40,511 bases of DNA from Candidatus Woesearchaeota archaeon (lineage in GTDB: Archaea > Nanobdellota > Nanobdellia > Woesearchaeales > WJKL01): assembly GCA_018221125.1 (NCBI GenBank), contig JAAOYC010000018.1, positions 1 to 40,511 of the forward strand. The letters run 5' to 3'. Shown here in pieces: positions 17,452-27,780 of the stretch. Positions within the stretch are counted from its first letter, which is position 1. Every line of letters begins with the position of its first letter. The notes under the pieces were generated by a model that saw nothing but the letters and a program-made list of their open reading frames with translations, ran no database searches and was not told where the DNA came from. The position numbers and the translations under genes are program-made.

Positions 17452-19731
17452 TTAACCTAAATAAGAGGGTTTATCTTTCATTTCCTTGGCTCTTGCAGAC
17501 TTGAAATGACCTTTGATGTCTTCATAAGCCTTTTTGATTTCTTTTGTTACAGAAGGCTGGACGTCATTTAGAGCTTTGTCAAAGTGATCCATTTTAACCT
17601 CTTTTGCTTTTGAGTCTTCTCTTAAAGCAATCATTGCAGCTTCTCTGCAGACAGATTCAATATCAGCTCCAACATATCCTTGAGTACGTTCTGCAAGCCT
17701 GTCTAAGCTCACTCCTTTCAAAGGCATGCCTTTTGTATGTATCTTGAATATATTTTTTCTGGATGATCTATTTGGAGTAGATGTAAGTATGATCCTGTCA
17801 AATCTTCCAGGTCTTAGCAAAGCTGTGTCAACCATGTCTGGACGATTAGTTGCTGCTATAACAACAACATCATGCAATTCTTCTAACCCATCTATTTCTG
17901 TCAATATCTGGTTAACAACACGTTCTGTTGCATGGGCATCTGCTGATAAACCTCTTCTTGGAGCTATTGCATCAATCTCATCAAAGAAGATTATTGTTGG
18001 AGATGCTTGTCTTGCTTTTTTGAAAACTTCTCTAACTGCTTTTTCTGATTCTCCAACCCATTTTGACAGTAATTCAGGGCCTTTAACCAAAATAAAATTT
18101 GCTTTTGACTCGTTTGCAACTGCTTTTGCAAGCATTGTTTTTCCTGTTCCTGGAGCACCATAAAGCAATACTCCTCTTGGAGGCCTAATGCCCATCTTTA
18201 TGAATCTATCTGGATATTTTAATGGCCATTCAACTGCTTCTTTTAAATCTCTTTTAACATCATTTAATCCACCAACATCTTCCCATTTTGTTGTTGGTTT
18301 TTCAATTAAAACTTCTCTCATTGCAGAAGGTCTTACTGTTTTCAATGCTTGGAAGAAATCTTCTCTTGTAATCTGAAGTTTTTCAAGAACTTCTTTAGGA
18401 ATCGAAGCATCTTCTTCTAGTTTTAGATCAGGCAAGATTCTTCTTAAAACTATCATTGCAGCTTCTTTTGCTAATGATTCTAAATCTGCTCCTACAAATC
18501 CGTATGTTACTTCAGCTATCTCACTCAAATTGACATCTTTTGCTAATGGCATGTTCCTTGTATGAATCTTTAGAACTTTTAGTCTGCCTTTTTTAGATGG
18601 AACCCCAATCTCTATTTCCCTGTCAAATCTCCCCCCTCTTCTTAAAGCAGGATCTAAAATATTGGGAACATTAGTTGCAGCAATAACAACAACCTCTCCT
18701 CTTGATTTTAGACCATCCATTAAAGAAAGCAGCTGAGCAACAACCCTTCTTTCAACTTCTCCTTTAACTTCTTCCCTTTTTGGAGCAATTGCATCGATTT
18801 CATCTATAAATATGATTGAAGGAGCATTTTTTTCAGCTTCTTCGAATTTCTTTCTTAAGTTTTCTTCTGACTGGCCGTAGAATTTTGACATAATTTCAGG
18901 ACCATTGATTACAATGAAATGCGAATTAGATTCATTTGCAACTGCTTTTGCCAATAATGTCTTTCCAGTTCCAGGGGGTCCATGAAGCAAAACTCCTTTT
19001 GGAGCCTCTACACCTAAACGTTCAAAGATTTCAGGATGTTTTAATGGAAGCTCTACCATTTCTCTTATTTTCTTAATCTCTTCGCTTAATCCACCAATAT
19101 CTTCATAAGTAACATCTGGAACAACTTCATCTTTTATTTCAATTGCTTCTGGGTTTAATACAACCTCAGTTATATCTGATATCAGAACAGCTTCTTTTGG
19201 AGAGGTATCAGCAACTATGAATCTCAAATCTCCAAATCCAAATCCACTGTTCATAGAACCTTCTTCAAGCATCCTGAAGATATCATCAAATGGAGAGCCT
19301 GTCATTGTTGTACGTCTTCTTCTTGTTCCTCCTAATGAAACAATATCACCTTTAACAACAGCTCTTCCAAGAAGTCCTTGCTTGAATGTTGATGGAGAAG
19401 CTCTAATTACAATACCTTTTCTAGCTGGTGCAATAATAACTTTTTTTGCTTCTTTAAATTCTGCTTTTCTTATTTTTACTGCTTCTCCAATACTTGTTTT
19501 AGCATTTCTTCTGATTATACCATCCATTCTTATGATATTTAATCCTAAATCTCCTGGATAAGCTCTGTCAACCAATGCAACTGAAGAACGCTCTCCTTCA
19601 ATCTCAATAATATCTCCTGGCTTTACTCCTATTTCACGCATTTGAGCAGAGTCTATTCTGGTAATACCTTTATTTACATCGTCTTGTACAGACTCCATTA
19701 CTTTTAATTTAAGCTCTTTTTCTGATTTCAT
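17452..19731 (-). CDS. cdc48: Cdc48/VCP-type double AAA+ ATPase
   Basis: Two Walker A motifs (GPPGTGKT and GAPGTGKT), two DEID Walker B motifs, and an N-domain. Confidence 0.95.
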   Translation of the reverse strand: MKSEKELKLKVMESVQDDVNKGITRIDSAQMREIGVKPGDIIEIEGERSSVALVDRAYPGDLGLNIIRMDGIIRRNAKTSIGEAVKIRKAEFKEAKKVIIAPARKGIVIRASPSTFKQGLLGRAVVKGDIVSLGGTRRRRTTMTGSPFDDIFRMLEEGSMNSGFGFGDLRFIVADTSPKEAVLISDITEVVLNPEAIEIKDEVVPDVTYEDIGGLSEEIKKIREMVELPLKHPEIFERLGVEAPKGVLLHGPPGTGKTLLAKAVANESNSHFIVINGPEIMSKFYGQSEENLRKKFEEAEKNAPSIIFIDEIDAIAPKREEVKGEVERRVVAQLLSLMDGLKSRGEVVVIAATNVPNILDPALRRGGRFDREIEIGVPSKKGRLKVLKIHTRNMPLAKDVNLSEIAEVTYGFVGADLESLAKEAAMIVLRRILPDLKLEEDASIPKEVLEKLQITREDFFQALKTVRPSAMREVLIEKPTTKWEDVGGLNDVKRDLKEAVEWPLKYPDRFIKMGIRPPRGVLLYGAPGTGKTMLAKAVANESKANFILVKGPELLSKWVGESEKAVREVFKKARQASPTIIFFDEIDAIAPRRGLSADAHATERVVNQILTEIDGLEELHDVVVIAATNRPDMVDTALLRPGRFDRIILTSTPNRSSRKNIFKIHTKGMPLKGVSLDRLAERTQGYVGADIESVCREAAMIALREDSKAKEVKMDHFDKALNDVQPSVTKEIKKAYEDIKGHFKSARAKEMKDKPSYLG

Positions 19732-19816
19732 TGTAATTCTTGCTTATTTAAGCTTTAAAATCGTTTAAACGCCCCAAATATAACTATAAATAGAAATAAC
19801 AGGCTTTTTTAAACCT

Positions 19817-19862
19817 TTCGTAATTGCTTCGCAATTACGAAGTGTAAAATCCTTCGGATTTT
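19817..19862. other. two adjacent perfect hairpins with CTTCG centres
   Basis: TTCGTAATTGC-TTC-GCAATTACGAA (19817-19841) and AAAATCC-TTC-GGATTTT (19846-19862). They lie between the 3' end of 19892..20323 and the cdc48 start, so they could be a terminator or a small RNA. Confidence 0.4.
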
Positions 19863-19891
19863 AACTTTCGGAATAGCTTCAAAATCAGTGT

Positions 19892-20323
19892 TTATTCCTT
19901 TTTTTCTTTAGCAGTTCCTACTTCTACTTTTGGAAGAGGAATTGGTGAAGGCAGATTAATTAACTGGCTTAATACCAAAGCCTGTACATTGCTTTTGTTT
20001 AATGCAACATTAAGCACAGCTGCCATGATCTCTTTTGGGACTTTTTTGTCTTTTTTCCAGCCATTTACTAATTCTTCTATTTTGGCAGCTTCTCCCAGAT
20101 ACATGATATCTCCTGAAAGTCTTATTGAACCTGCTTTAGGCTCATAACTTGAATTAAAATCAAAAGAGAACTTAGCTACTTTTTGAGAAGAATCTCCTAT
20201 TGAAAGCTTGCTTTCTTCTACATTGACAATAACTATATTATTTTTGATATCTATCTTTCCTTTTAAAATCATATCTTTTCTTTCAACTTTAATTTTTGTG
20301 AAGTTAAATCCTACAATTGCCAT
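19892..20323 (-). CDS. hypothetical protein
   Basis: ORF in a compact same-strand gene array. No motif recognised. Confidence 0.55.
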   Translation of the reverse strand: MAIVGFNFTKIKVERKDMILKGKIDIKNNIVIVNVEESKLSIGDSSQKVAKFSFDFNSSYEPKAGSIRLSGDIMYLGEAAKIEELVNGWKKDKKVPKEIMAAVLNVALNKSNVQALVLSQLINLPSPIPLPKVEVGTAKEKKE

Positions 20324-20485
20324 AATATCACCCTAGTTTAGTTATTTGATATTTTTTGAGTATTAGGCATAGATTTATATATTTTTCCCTATTTCCCCAT
20401 TACATGAGTTCAGTAAGGAAAAACGGTTCATAAGAATTCTTTGGTTTTACTAGTTGATTTTATACTTAATTGGAGGTATACTATA

Positions 20486-21487
20486 ATGAAACACTACAAC
20501 AAAAAAATGTATGAGGTTAAGAAACCAGTTGATTTGAATAATTTGCCAGAGATTAAAGGCTATGATTTTGAAAAAGGGTTTGAGCTAGACAAATTTATAC
20601 AATCATTATCAACTTCAGGAATCCAGGCTGCTAATTTAGGCAGTGCAATAAGCTTGGTCAATGTAATGATAAGGGAAGAAGCTCCAATATTCATGTCTTT
20701 TACAGCAAATATGATTTCTTCTGGCATAAGAGAAATAATTTCTTATCTAGTTAAGAACAAGAAAGTAGCTGTTTTATGCACTTCTGGTGGAGGAGTAGAG
20801 GAAGATGCTATTAAAGCGCACATGCCTTTCAGAGTAGGAGATTTTAATGCAAAAGGGGAGATGTTATTTGATGCAGGTGTTGGAAGAATTGGAAATATCT
20901 ATACAACAAATGAGCATTATTCTTATTTTGAGTTTTTTATCAGGGAGGTTTTTGAGGAATTGCTAAAGCAGAAGAAAAAAGACAAGCTGGCAATAACACC
21001 TTCAAAGATTTGCAGGATGATGGGAAAATTGATTGGAGAGAAAAAAGAATATAATGAGGAATGTTCTTATCTTTACTGGGCTTATAAGAACAGTATTCCT
21101 GTTTACTCTCCTGGAATTATTGATGGGGCAATAGGAGATATTGCTTATTATTTCAGAAAGCAGAATCCTGATTTTGTGATTGATGCTGTTGCAGATCATG
21201 TAAATTTAATTGATTATGTTGTGAACTGCAAAAAAACAGCAGGAATAATATTAGGAGGGGGAATATCAAAACATTATATGCTGAATTCCCAGATTTTTAG
21301 AGAAGGTTTTGATTACAGTGTTTATATTTCAACTGCAACTGAGCATGATGCTTCTGACAGTGGAGGAAATCAGGAGGAGGCAATAAGCTGGGCAAAGATA
21401 AAGCCAAATGCTCCAAGAGTTAAAGTTTATTCAGAAGCTTCAATTGCGTTTCCTTTGCTGGTTGCTGCGAGTTTTGCAAAGAAATAA
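20486..21487 (+). CDS. dys: deoxyhypusine synthase
   Basis: MSFTANMISSGIRE, TSGGGVEEDAIK and ILGGGISKH motifs. ATG at 20486 lies 8 nt after GGAGGT. The track start at 20441 is a non-ATG extension. Confidence 0.9.
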   Translation: MKHYNKKMYEVKKPVDLNNLPEIKGYDFEKGFELDKFIQSLSTSGIQAANLGSAISLVNVMIREEAPIFMSFTANMISSGIREIISYLVKNKKVAVLCTSGGGVEEDAIKAHMPFRVGDFNAKGEMLFDAGVGRIGNIYTTNEHYSYFEFFIREVFEELLKQKKKDKLAITPSKICRMMGKLIGEKKEYNEECSYLYWAYKNSIPVYSPGIIDGAIGDIAYYFRKQNPDFVIDAVADHVNLIDYVVNCKKTAGIILGGGISKHYMLNSQIFREGFDYSVYISTATEHDASDSGGNQEEAISWAKIKPNAPRVKVYSEASIAFPLLVAASFAKK

Positions 21488-21513
21488 ATAGGATTAGTTT
21501 TTTTATTTTACTT

Positions 21514-22335
21514 ATGCAGCACTTGAAATTAATTAAGGATATAAATAAACTAGAAGAAACTCTTAAAGAGCAGATTAAAGATATTTTTTCTAAAGGAGAT
21601 AGAGTTGCTGTTAAGCTGCATATGGGAGAAGCAAAGAATAAATATTATCTTAAGCCAGCGATAATCAAAAGAATTGTTAATGTGCTTAATGAACTTGAGT
21701 TAAAGCCATTTTTGTTTGATTCTGTTGTTTTGTATAGGGGAGAAAGAGACACAAAAGAGAAGTACTATAATGTGGCTAAAGCACATGGTTTTACTGAAGA
21801 TAAGATTGGATGTCCTGTTGTTATTTCTGATGAGGGAATTGATGTTAAGACAGAACATCTAGTAATTCATGTCTGCAAGGAACTATCAGAAGCAGATGGT
21901 TTGCTGGATGTGAGCCATGTAAAAGGACATATGTGCTATGGGTTTGGAGGGGCAATAAAGAATCTTGGAATGGGAGGGGTAACGCCAGATTCAAAACATG
22001 ATATTCATACATCAGATAAAGCTGTTAGCGATAGATTATTGGCTGAAGGAGCACAAGCTGTTTTAAGGTCAGTAGGGAAAAAAGTATTTTTTGTTAATTT
22101 TTTGATTAATATCACAAAGGAATGTGATTGCTGCAATAATGCAGGACCTATTGTTGCAGAGGATATTGGTGTGTTGTTTGGCAAAGATATTGTGGCAATA
22201 GATAAAGCTAGTCTTGATTTGATTAACAAGCAAAAACCAGATGTATTTAAGAAGATTCATGAGCTTGACCCTTATTTGCATGTAAAATACGCTGCTGAAT
22301 TGGGATTAGGAGAGGAGAAATATGATATTAGTTGA
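21514..22335 (+). CDS. DUF362-family protein
   Basis: VAVKLHMGE, SHVKGH..GFGGAIKNLGMG pattern and a Cys cluster CDCC, as I recall for DUF362. Confidence 0.7.
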   Translation: MQHLKLIKDINKLEETLKEQIKDIFSKGDRVAVKLHMGEAKNKYYLKPAIIKRIVNVLNELELKPFLFDSVVLYRGERDTKEKYYNVAKAHGFTEDKIGCPVVISDEGIDVKTEHLVIHVCKELSEADGLLDVSHVKGHMCYGFGGAIKNLGMGGVTPDSKHDIHTSDKAVSDRLLAEGAQAVLRSVGKKVFFVNFLINITKECDCCNNAGPIVAEDIGVLFGKDIVAIDKASLDLINKQKPDVFKKIHELDPYLHVKYAAELGLGEEKYDIS

Positions 22336-23110
22336 TGTTCATGCTCATCTGGACCATGAAAGATTTAAAAATGATTTAGATGAGGTTATTGAAAGAGCAA
22401 AGCAAGCTGGAGTTAAAGCAATAATTACTTCTGGTGTTAATTCTGCTACAAACAGGCTGATATTGAAGATTGCTGAGAAATATGATATTGTAAAAGCAAG
22501 TTTTGGATTGTATCCAATTGATGCTTTGGCTAAGGAGCTTGAGTTAACTTCTGGTTTTGTTAGAGATATCAAAGAAATAGATGTTGATTCAGAATTGGAA
22601 TGGATTAAAGAGAATAAGGATAAATGCATTGCAATTGGAGAATGCGGGTTGGATTATCATTGGATTACTGGAAAAGAGAAAGAGCAGCAAATGATTTTTC
22701 AGAAAGTGATTGATACTGTTGAGAAGATAAATAAGCCAATTATTGTACATTCCAGGAAAGCAGAATTAGATGCAGTTGAAATGCTGGAAAGCAGCAAGTT
22801 GAAGAAGATAGTCATGCATTGCTTTAGTGCAAAGAAAAGCCTGATTAAAAGGGCTGCTGACAATGGATGGAGTTTTTCTGTTCCTCCTATCATAACAAGA
22901 CTGCAGCATTTCCAGACATTGGTTGAGATAGTTAATATCAACCAGTTGCTGACAGAGACAGATGCTCCTTATCTTTCGCCTTTTCCTGGAGAGAGGAATG
23001 AATCTGCTTTTGTTGCTGAAACTATAAAGAAAATAGCTGAAATCAAAAGAATGACAGAAGAAGATGTTGCAGGCAATATCTACATGAATTATACTAATGT
23101 GTTTTTGTAA
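22322..23110 (+). CDS. tatD: TatD-family metal-dependent hydrolase
   Basis: N-terminal DVHAHL, GECGLDY, VHSR and TETDAPYL motifs. Confidence 0.9.
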   Translation: MILVDVHAHLDHERFKNDLDEVIERAKQAGVKAIITSGVNSATNRLILKIAEKYDIVKASFGLYPIDALAKELELTSGFVRDIKEIDVDSELEWIKENKDKCIAIGECGLDYHWITGKEKEQQMIFQKVIDTVEKINKPIIVHSRKAELDAVEMLESSKLKKIVMHCFSAKKSLIKRAADNGWSFSVPPIITRLQHFQTLVEIVNINQLLTETDAPYLSPFPGERNESAFVAETIKKIAEIKRMTEEDVAGNIYMNYTNVFL

Positions 23111-23143
23111 ACATTTAAATATCAGTTTAACATTTTCTGCTGT

Positions 23144-23458
23144 ATGAAAATCACAATTGATACAAAGGAAGATTCACCAACTGACATAAGGAAAGTTATT
23201 GCTTTGCTTAGCAAGATGGTTGAGGATTCTCCAGAGACTCATTCTAATATATTTGGAGAGTCTGATTCTGGAATTTCAAGCCCAGAAACATCAAGTTCTG
23301 GATCTTCTGGAACAAATGCTTTTGCAAACATGTTTGGAGGAGATGATGATGGATTAGGAGGGACTCCTATTCTTGAGCCGAGCACAGCAAAAGAGGAAGA
23401 TGAGAAAGTAGAAGAGGATAGGGAATCAGAAGAAGCACCAGAAGTTATAGAGTATTAA
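23144..23458 (+). CDS. acidic low-complexity hypothetical protein
   Basis: ORF with a Ser/Gly/Asp/Glu-rich C-terminal half. It is translationally adjacent to the next gene. Confidence 0.5.
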   Translation: MKITIDTKEDSPTDIRKVIALLSKMVEDSPETHSNIFGESDSGISSPETSSSGSSGTNAFANMFGGDDDGLGGTPILEPSTAKEEDEKVEEDRESEEAPEVIEY

Positions 23459-23459
23459 C

Positions 23460-23939
23460 ATGGCCAAGATAGATGATGTTAAAAAAGGAGTTGACGAGTT
23501 AAGAGAAAGATTGCTGATTAAAGAGCCTGCGGATTTTTCTATGAGAGATTTGATTAGTGCTTTTTTTGGAGCTTTACTTCTGGGAATTACATTTGCTGTA
23601 AAAGGACTTTTAATTGAAGTAAGCTCTGCACTAGATAACACCCACCTAGCATTGATTGTTGGTTCTACTTTGTTGATATTAACAGCTGAAATATATTTTA
23701 TAGGATACAGCAGAGTAGGAAAGAAATCCAAAAGGAAGTTTGGACAATTTTGGCTGAAAAGATTGGTTGTGTTTTATTTTGTAGCTGTAATCACTTCTGT
23801 ATTCCTAGTTTATCTGTTTGGGCTAAACAAGCTTTCAGAGGTTGGAGTAAATAATTTAGGAGTTTTGAAGTTAGTAGTTCTTATCTCACTGCCTTGTGCA
23901 ATTGGTGCAGCAATAGCAGATTTACTGAATAAATATTGA
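23460..23939 (+). CDS. membrane protein (about 4 TM)
   Basis: Four hydrophobic segments. The start lies 1 nt after the previous stop. Confidence 0.6.
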   Translation: MAKIDDVKKGVDELRERLLIKEPADFSMRDLISAFFGALLLGITFAVKGLLIEVSSALDNTHLALIVGSTLLILTAEIYFIGYSRVGKKSKRKFGQFWLKRLVVFYFVAVITSVFLVYLFGLNKLSEVGVNNLGVLKLVVLISLPCAIGAAIADLLNKY

Positions 23940-23945
23940 TTGAAA

Positions 23946-24374
23946 ATGGAAGAAGGCAAAAAAGGAAAATATAAATTTATTGATGAACTGAAGTCAGACG
24001 TTCTTTTTGAAGTGTATGGAAAAGATCTGAAAGAATTATTTGAGAATGCTGCTGAAGCATTATTTTCTGTTATCTGTCAGCTTGATAAAGTAAAACCAAA
24101 AGAAGCTGAAGAATTTGAAATGAAAGGAGAAAATCTAGAAGGAACTTTCTGGAACTGGCTTTCTGGACTGATTGCAATTGTTGATACTGAGCAGAAATTC
24201 TATTCAAAGTTTGAGATTGAAGAAGTTGACGAAACACATGTCAGAGCTAAGTTATGGGGAGAATCAATAAGGCCTGAGATAGGAGAGACTGTTGTCAAAT
24301 CAATTACTAATTATAGGTTTTCTGTGGAAAAAAAAGGCAAAAGTTATAAAGCAACAATTAGTTTAGATATTTAG
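23946..24374 (+). CDS. archease (RtcB activator)
   Basis: YKFIDELKSDVLFEVYGKDLKELFENAAEAL matches the archease N-terminus. It lies immediately upstream of rtcB. TTG at 23940 is an alternative start. Confidence 0.85.
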   Translation: MEEGKKGKYKFIDELKSDVLFEVYGKDLKELFENAAEALFSVICQLDKVKPKEAEEFEMKGENLEGTFWNWLSGLIAIVDTEQKFYSKFEIEEVDETHVRAKLWGESIRPEIGETVVKSITNYRFSVEKKGKSYKATISLDI

Positions 24375-24375
24375 A

Positions 24376-25776
24376 ATGAAAGAGAAACTAAAACAAATTT
24401 CTGAGTATGAATGGATGCTTCCTAAAGAAGGGAAGATGAATGTGTCTGGGTTGATTATTGGCAATAAGGCAATAATTGACGGAATGGAAGATGATATGAT
24501 TGGGCAGATAGTTAATGTAACCCAGATGCCAGGTATTATTGAGCCTGTTATTGCACTCCCCGATGCCCACTTTGGATATGGCCTGCCAATGGGAAGTGTT
24601 GCTGCTTTTGATGCTGAAAAAGGAGTTATTTCAGCTGGGTTATGCGGGTTTGACATTAATTGTGGTATTAATTCCATCAGGACAAATCTTACTGCTGAAG
24701 AAGTTGTTGAGAAGATGGACGAATTAATTTCTGCTTTGTTTGATGCTATTCCTTGCGGTGTTGGAAGCAAAGGAAAATTGAGATTAGATGATAAACAGCT
24801 TGATGAAGTTATGGTCAAAGGAGCAAAATGGGCTGTTGAAAATGGATATGGTGTTAAAGAGGATTTGGAAAGTTTAGAAGAGAAGGGAATGATGGAAGGA
24901 GCAGATACTTCTAAAGTAAGCCCGCTGGCAAAAAAAAGAGGAAAACCGCAGCTAGGAACATTAGGGGCTGGAAATCATTTTCTTGAGATACAGAAAGTTG
25001 CAGATATTTATGATGAAGAATTTGCAAAGAAGTTAGGGATTGTTAAAAAAGACCAGGTTTTGATTATGCTGCACTGTGGAAGCAGAGGATTTGGACATCA
25101 GGTTGCAACTGATTACTTGAAAATACAGGAAGAAGCTGTTAAGAAATATCATATTGAGATTCCTGACAGACAGCTTGCTTGCGCTCCTGTTGATTCAAAA
25201 GAAGGGCAGGATTATTTTGCAGCAATGAAATGTGCTGTTAATTATTCTTTTACAAACAGGATAGTCATGACCCATTGGATAAGGGAAGTTTTTGAGAAAG
25301 TTTTTGAAAAAACATGGCAGGAGATGGATATGCATACTGTTTATGGGATTTGCCATAATGTTGTCAAGCTGGAAGAGCATGTTATTGATGGAAAAAAGAA
25401 AAAAGTCTATGTTCATAGAAAAGGAGCAACCAGGGCTTTTCCAGATATCCCTGTTTTAGTTGCTGGAAGCATGGGGACATCATCTTATATCTGCAAAGGG
25501 ACTGAAACAGCTATGCAGAAAACTTTTGGTTCTAGTTGCCATGGTGCTGGCAGAGCAATGTCAAGACATGGTGCATTAAAACAATTTCGTGGAGAGAAAA
25601 TTCAATCTGAATTAGCTGCAAAAGGAATTACTGCAAAAGCAACTCATCCAAAGTCTCTTGCAGAAGAAGCTCCACTTGCATATAAAGATGTAGAAGATGT
25701 TATTGATAGTGTTGATAAAAGTGGAATTAGTCCAAAAGTTGTCAAAGTAGAACCAATAGGTGTTTGTAAAGGATGA
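24376..25776 (+). CDS. rtcB: RtcB RNA 3'-phosphate ligase (tRNA splicing ligase)
   Basis: PDAHFGYGLPMGSV, GAGNHFLEIQ, HCGSRGFGHQ and SCHGAGR motifs. Confidence 0.95.
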   Translation: MKEKLKQISEYEWMLPKEGKMNVSGLIIGNKAIIDGMEDDMIGQIVNVTQMPGIIEPVIALPDAHFGYGLPMGSVAAFDAEKGVISAGLCGFDINCGINSIRTNLTAEEVVEKMDELISALFDAIPCGVGSKGKLRLDDKQLDEVMVKGAKWAVENGYGVKEDLESLEEKGMMEGADTSKVSPLAKKRGKPQLGTLGAGNHFLEIQKVADIYDEEFAKKLGIVKKDQVLIMLHCGSRGFGHQVATDYLKIQEEAVKKYHIEIPDRQLACAPVDSKEGQDYFAAMKCAVNYSFTNRIVMTHWIREVFEKVFEKTWQEMDMHTVYGICHNVVKLEEHVIDGKKKKVYVHRKGATRAFPDIPVLVAGSMGTSSYICKGTETAMQKTFGSSCHGAGRAMSRHGALKQFRGEKIQSELAAKGITAKATHPKSLAEEAPLAYKDVEDVIDSVDKSGISPKVVKVEPIGVCKG

Positions 25777-26382
25777 TTATTTTAATTCTATAATCTTTCC
25801 TTTTTTTCCAACATTAATAACTTTGGTGTTGCCAATCATTTCTTCAATGCCTTCTGCTTCATGAACATGGCTGCATAATAAAATGTCTGGCTTGAATGCT
25901 TCAACTGCTTTTCTTATTCCTGTTGAGCCTGGAAAGAACTGAGTGAACTTTTCCATTGCTGTTCCAGTTGGATGGACATGAGTTACCATTATTTTTGTTT
26001 TTAATTCTTTAATTCTTTCATGACCTTTTTTCAGCAAATCATAGATTTCCTGTTCTGATAACTGGAATAATCCTATATTTGCTCCGCCTGCTCCAAATAA
26101 ACCAACATCTCCTAATTTGATTGAATAACCATGAAGATTAATAGCATCATACTGCTCTGCTAAAAAATCAGCTGTTGCAATTGTTTCATGATTTCCTGGA
26201 ATCAGAACAACTTTTTTTCCTTTTTTTACAAAAGGACCAACAATACCTTCTGTTGACAATTCTCCAAAAGTCAAATCTCCGCAAAGAACAACCAAGTCAA
26301 CATTTTCTTTTTCTGCTTTTTCTGCTAGAGCTTTAGCTAGAGAAGTGTCTCCATGTATATCGCCACTAGCTAATATTTTCAT
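25777..26382 (-). CDS. calcineurin-like metallophosphoesterase
   Basis: SGDIHGD, CGDLT, PGNHE and a later VTHVHP motif. Confidence 0.85.
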   Translation of the reverse strand: MKILASGDIHGDTSLAKALAEKAEKENVDLVVLCGDLTFGELSTEGIVGPFVKKGKKVVLIPGNHETIATADFLAEQYDAINLHGYSIKLGDVGLFGAGGANIGLFQLSEQEIYDLLKKGHERIKELKTKIMVTHVHPTGTAMEKFTQFFPGSTGIRKAVEAFKPDILLCSHVHEAEGIEEMIGNTKVINVGKKGKIIELK

Positions 26383-26419
26383 GTAGAAATAGATGTAATT
26401 TTGATTTATAAACCTTCGC

Positions 26420-26956
26420 TTATATCTTAAATAATTTCCTTAGCTTTAACAATCGAATAAATCTTGGTATTCTTGTTATTATTTTTAATGCTTTTCCAGA
26501 TTTAACAGTCTTTCCAACTATTTTGTGGCTTCCAATAGTAGCATGAGTTGCTTGTTGAGCAGAGGTGGTTAATTTTATAGTTCCCATTATTAATCCTACT
26601 GGAATTAATGCTAACATTTCTAGGAAGTTATTTCTTATAAATAATTTCCATGTTTCTGATTCAAAGAAATTGAAATATAATTCAAAAGCAAAGAATGATA
26701 TTATAATATAATCAATTGTAATCACCCAGATTTCATGATGATGGATAAAATCTCCAAAGACAGTTAGAAAATGCAGTTCATGCAGCCCTATCTTAAGAAG
26801 AAGACCATTAATATCATGGGCAAATTCTCCAACAACTATCAACAATAGAATCAATACTAACCAAGGTATCATGTGTTTTACTATTTTTTCAACAGGCTTT
26901 AATCTGGCTTGATTAAAATTATGAAATTTTGTTTTCCATGACACCTCTTTTTTCAT
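26420..26956 (-). CDS. membrane protein resembling an isolated voltage-sensor domain (S1-S4)
   Basis: Four hydrophobic segments. S2-like FELYFNFF, S3-like NNFLEMLALIP, and an S4-like C-terminus with basic residues at every third position (KALKIITRIPRFIRLLKLRKLFKI). The protein stops right after S4. Confidence 0.55.
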   Translation of the reverse strand: MKKEVSWKTKFHNFNQARLKPVEKIVKHMIPWLVLILLLIVVGEFAHDINGLLLKIGLHELHFLTVFGDFIHHHEIWVITIDYIIISFFAFELYFNFFESETWKLFIRNNFLEMLALIPVGLIMGTIKLTTSAQQATHATIGSHKIVGKTVKSGKALKIITRIPRFIRLLKLRKLFKI

Positions 26957-27000
26957 AACTTTTTAAGAAAACTACTCCTATAAAAATTTTTCTCTTAGAA

Positions 27001-27582
27001 TTATCTTTCCCTTACTTTAACTTCATCTCCTTCAAGATGGACTATCTTAGAAGGTCTTCCTGGTTTTTCTCCTTCATACAGAACAAAACCTATTTTGTGC
27101 CTTATGTTTTCATTGATGTCCAAGTCCAAATCTTCTATTTTTGTCATATAAGGCTCATCTGTGGTATTAACAGAAGTTGTTATGATTGGGATTCCAATCC
27201 ACGCAATTAAACTTGATATCCAATGTTCAGGCATTCTGACTCCTAATGAATTTTTGTTTGGAGCTACTTCAGGAGCAACAGGAGAATCTTTTGTATTTAC
27301 TATCAATGTATAAGGTCCGGGGATTTTTCCAAGCCAGTCTTTTGCTTCTTTTCCTAGCTCACAGTTTTCTTCAACCCATTCTTTTGAAGGAACTATTACA
27401 GAGAAAGGTGTGTCAGGACGCTGCTTTATTTCTCTCAGTTTTTTGACTGCTTTTGAATCTAGTGCATTACAGCCTAGGCCATAGATTGTATCAGTTGGAT
27501 GGATAAAGATTTCTCCGTTGAGAATTCTCTCTCTGATCTCTCCTCTTCTTAGTTTTGCTTCTGCACGAGTTATGACTTGCAT
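27001..27582 (-). CDS. tsaC: L-threonylcarbamoyladenylate synthase, YrdC/TsaC type (single domain)
   Basis: IFIHPTDTIYGLGCNA, IKQRPDTPFSVIV and SLGVRMP motifs. There is no Sua5 C-terminal domain. Confidence 0.85.
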   Translation of the reverse strand: MQVITRAEAKLRRGEIRERILNGEIFIHPTDTIYGLGCNALDSKAVKKLREIKQRPDTPFSVIVPSKEWVEENCELGKEAKDWLGKIPGPYTLIVNTKDSPVAPEVAPNKNSLGVRMPEHWISSLIAWIGIPIITTSVNTTDEPYMTKIEDLDLDINENIRHKIGFVLYEGEKPGRPSKIVHLEGDEVKVRER

Positions 27583-27658
27583 AGTATATTAAAAATTATT
27601 TTGCTTTAAAAAGTTTGCGTATATACGCCATATACAATAAATTTTATAAGAAAAAGAA

Positions 27659-27685
27659 CCTCTTCCCAAAGAGGAAGGGAAGAGG
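27659..27685 (-). terminator. 9-bp GC-containing hairpin followed by a T-run on the minus strand
   Basis: CCTCTTCCC (27659-27667) pairs with GGGAAGAGG (27677-27685). On the minus strand it is followed by TTCTTTTTCTT. It sits downstream of the small-ORF pair and upstream of tsaC. Confidence 0.45.
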
Positions 27686-27780
27686 AGAGGTAGTTTAGCA
27701 GTCTAGGTGTTATAGAATTAGCGTGATTATGCTCAAAAGAATTTCGTCTTTTGGCACCCTAAAAATTGCTATCGCCATTT

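Noticed and set aside
17726-19561. Plus-strand ORFs 17726..18163, 18188..18376 and 19217..19561
   Set aside because: They are antisense shadow ORFs inside cdc48. The same reasoning applies to the other short nested ORFs in the track, for example in adk, truD, gatE, gatD, rtcB, the PilT ATPase gene and the recJ-like gene.
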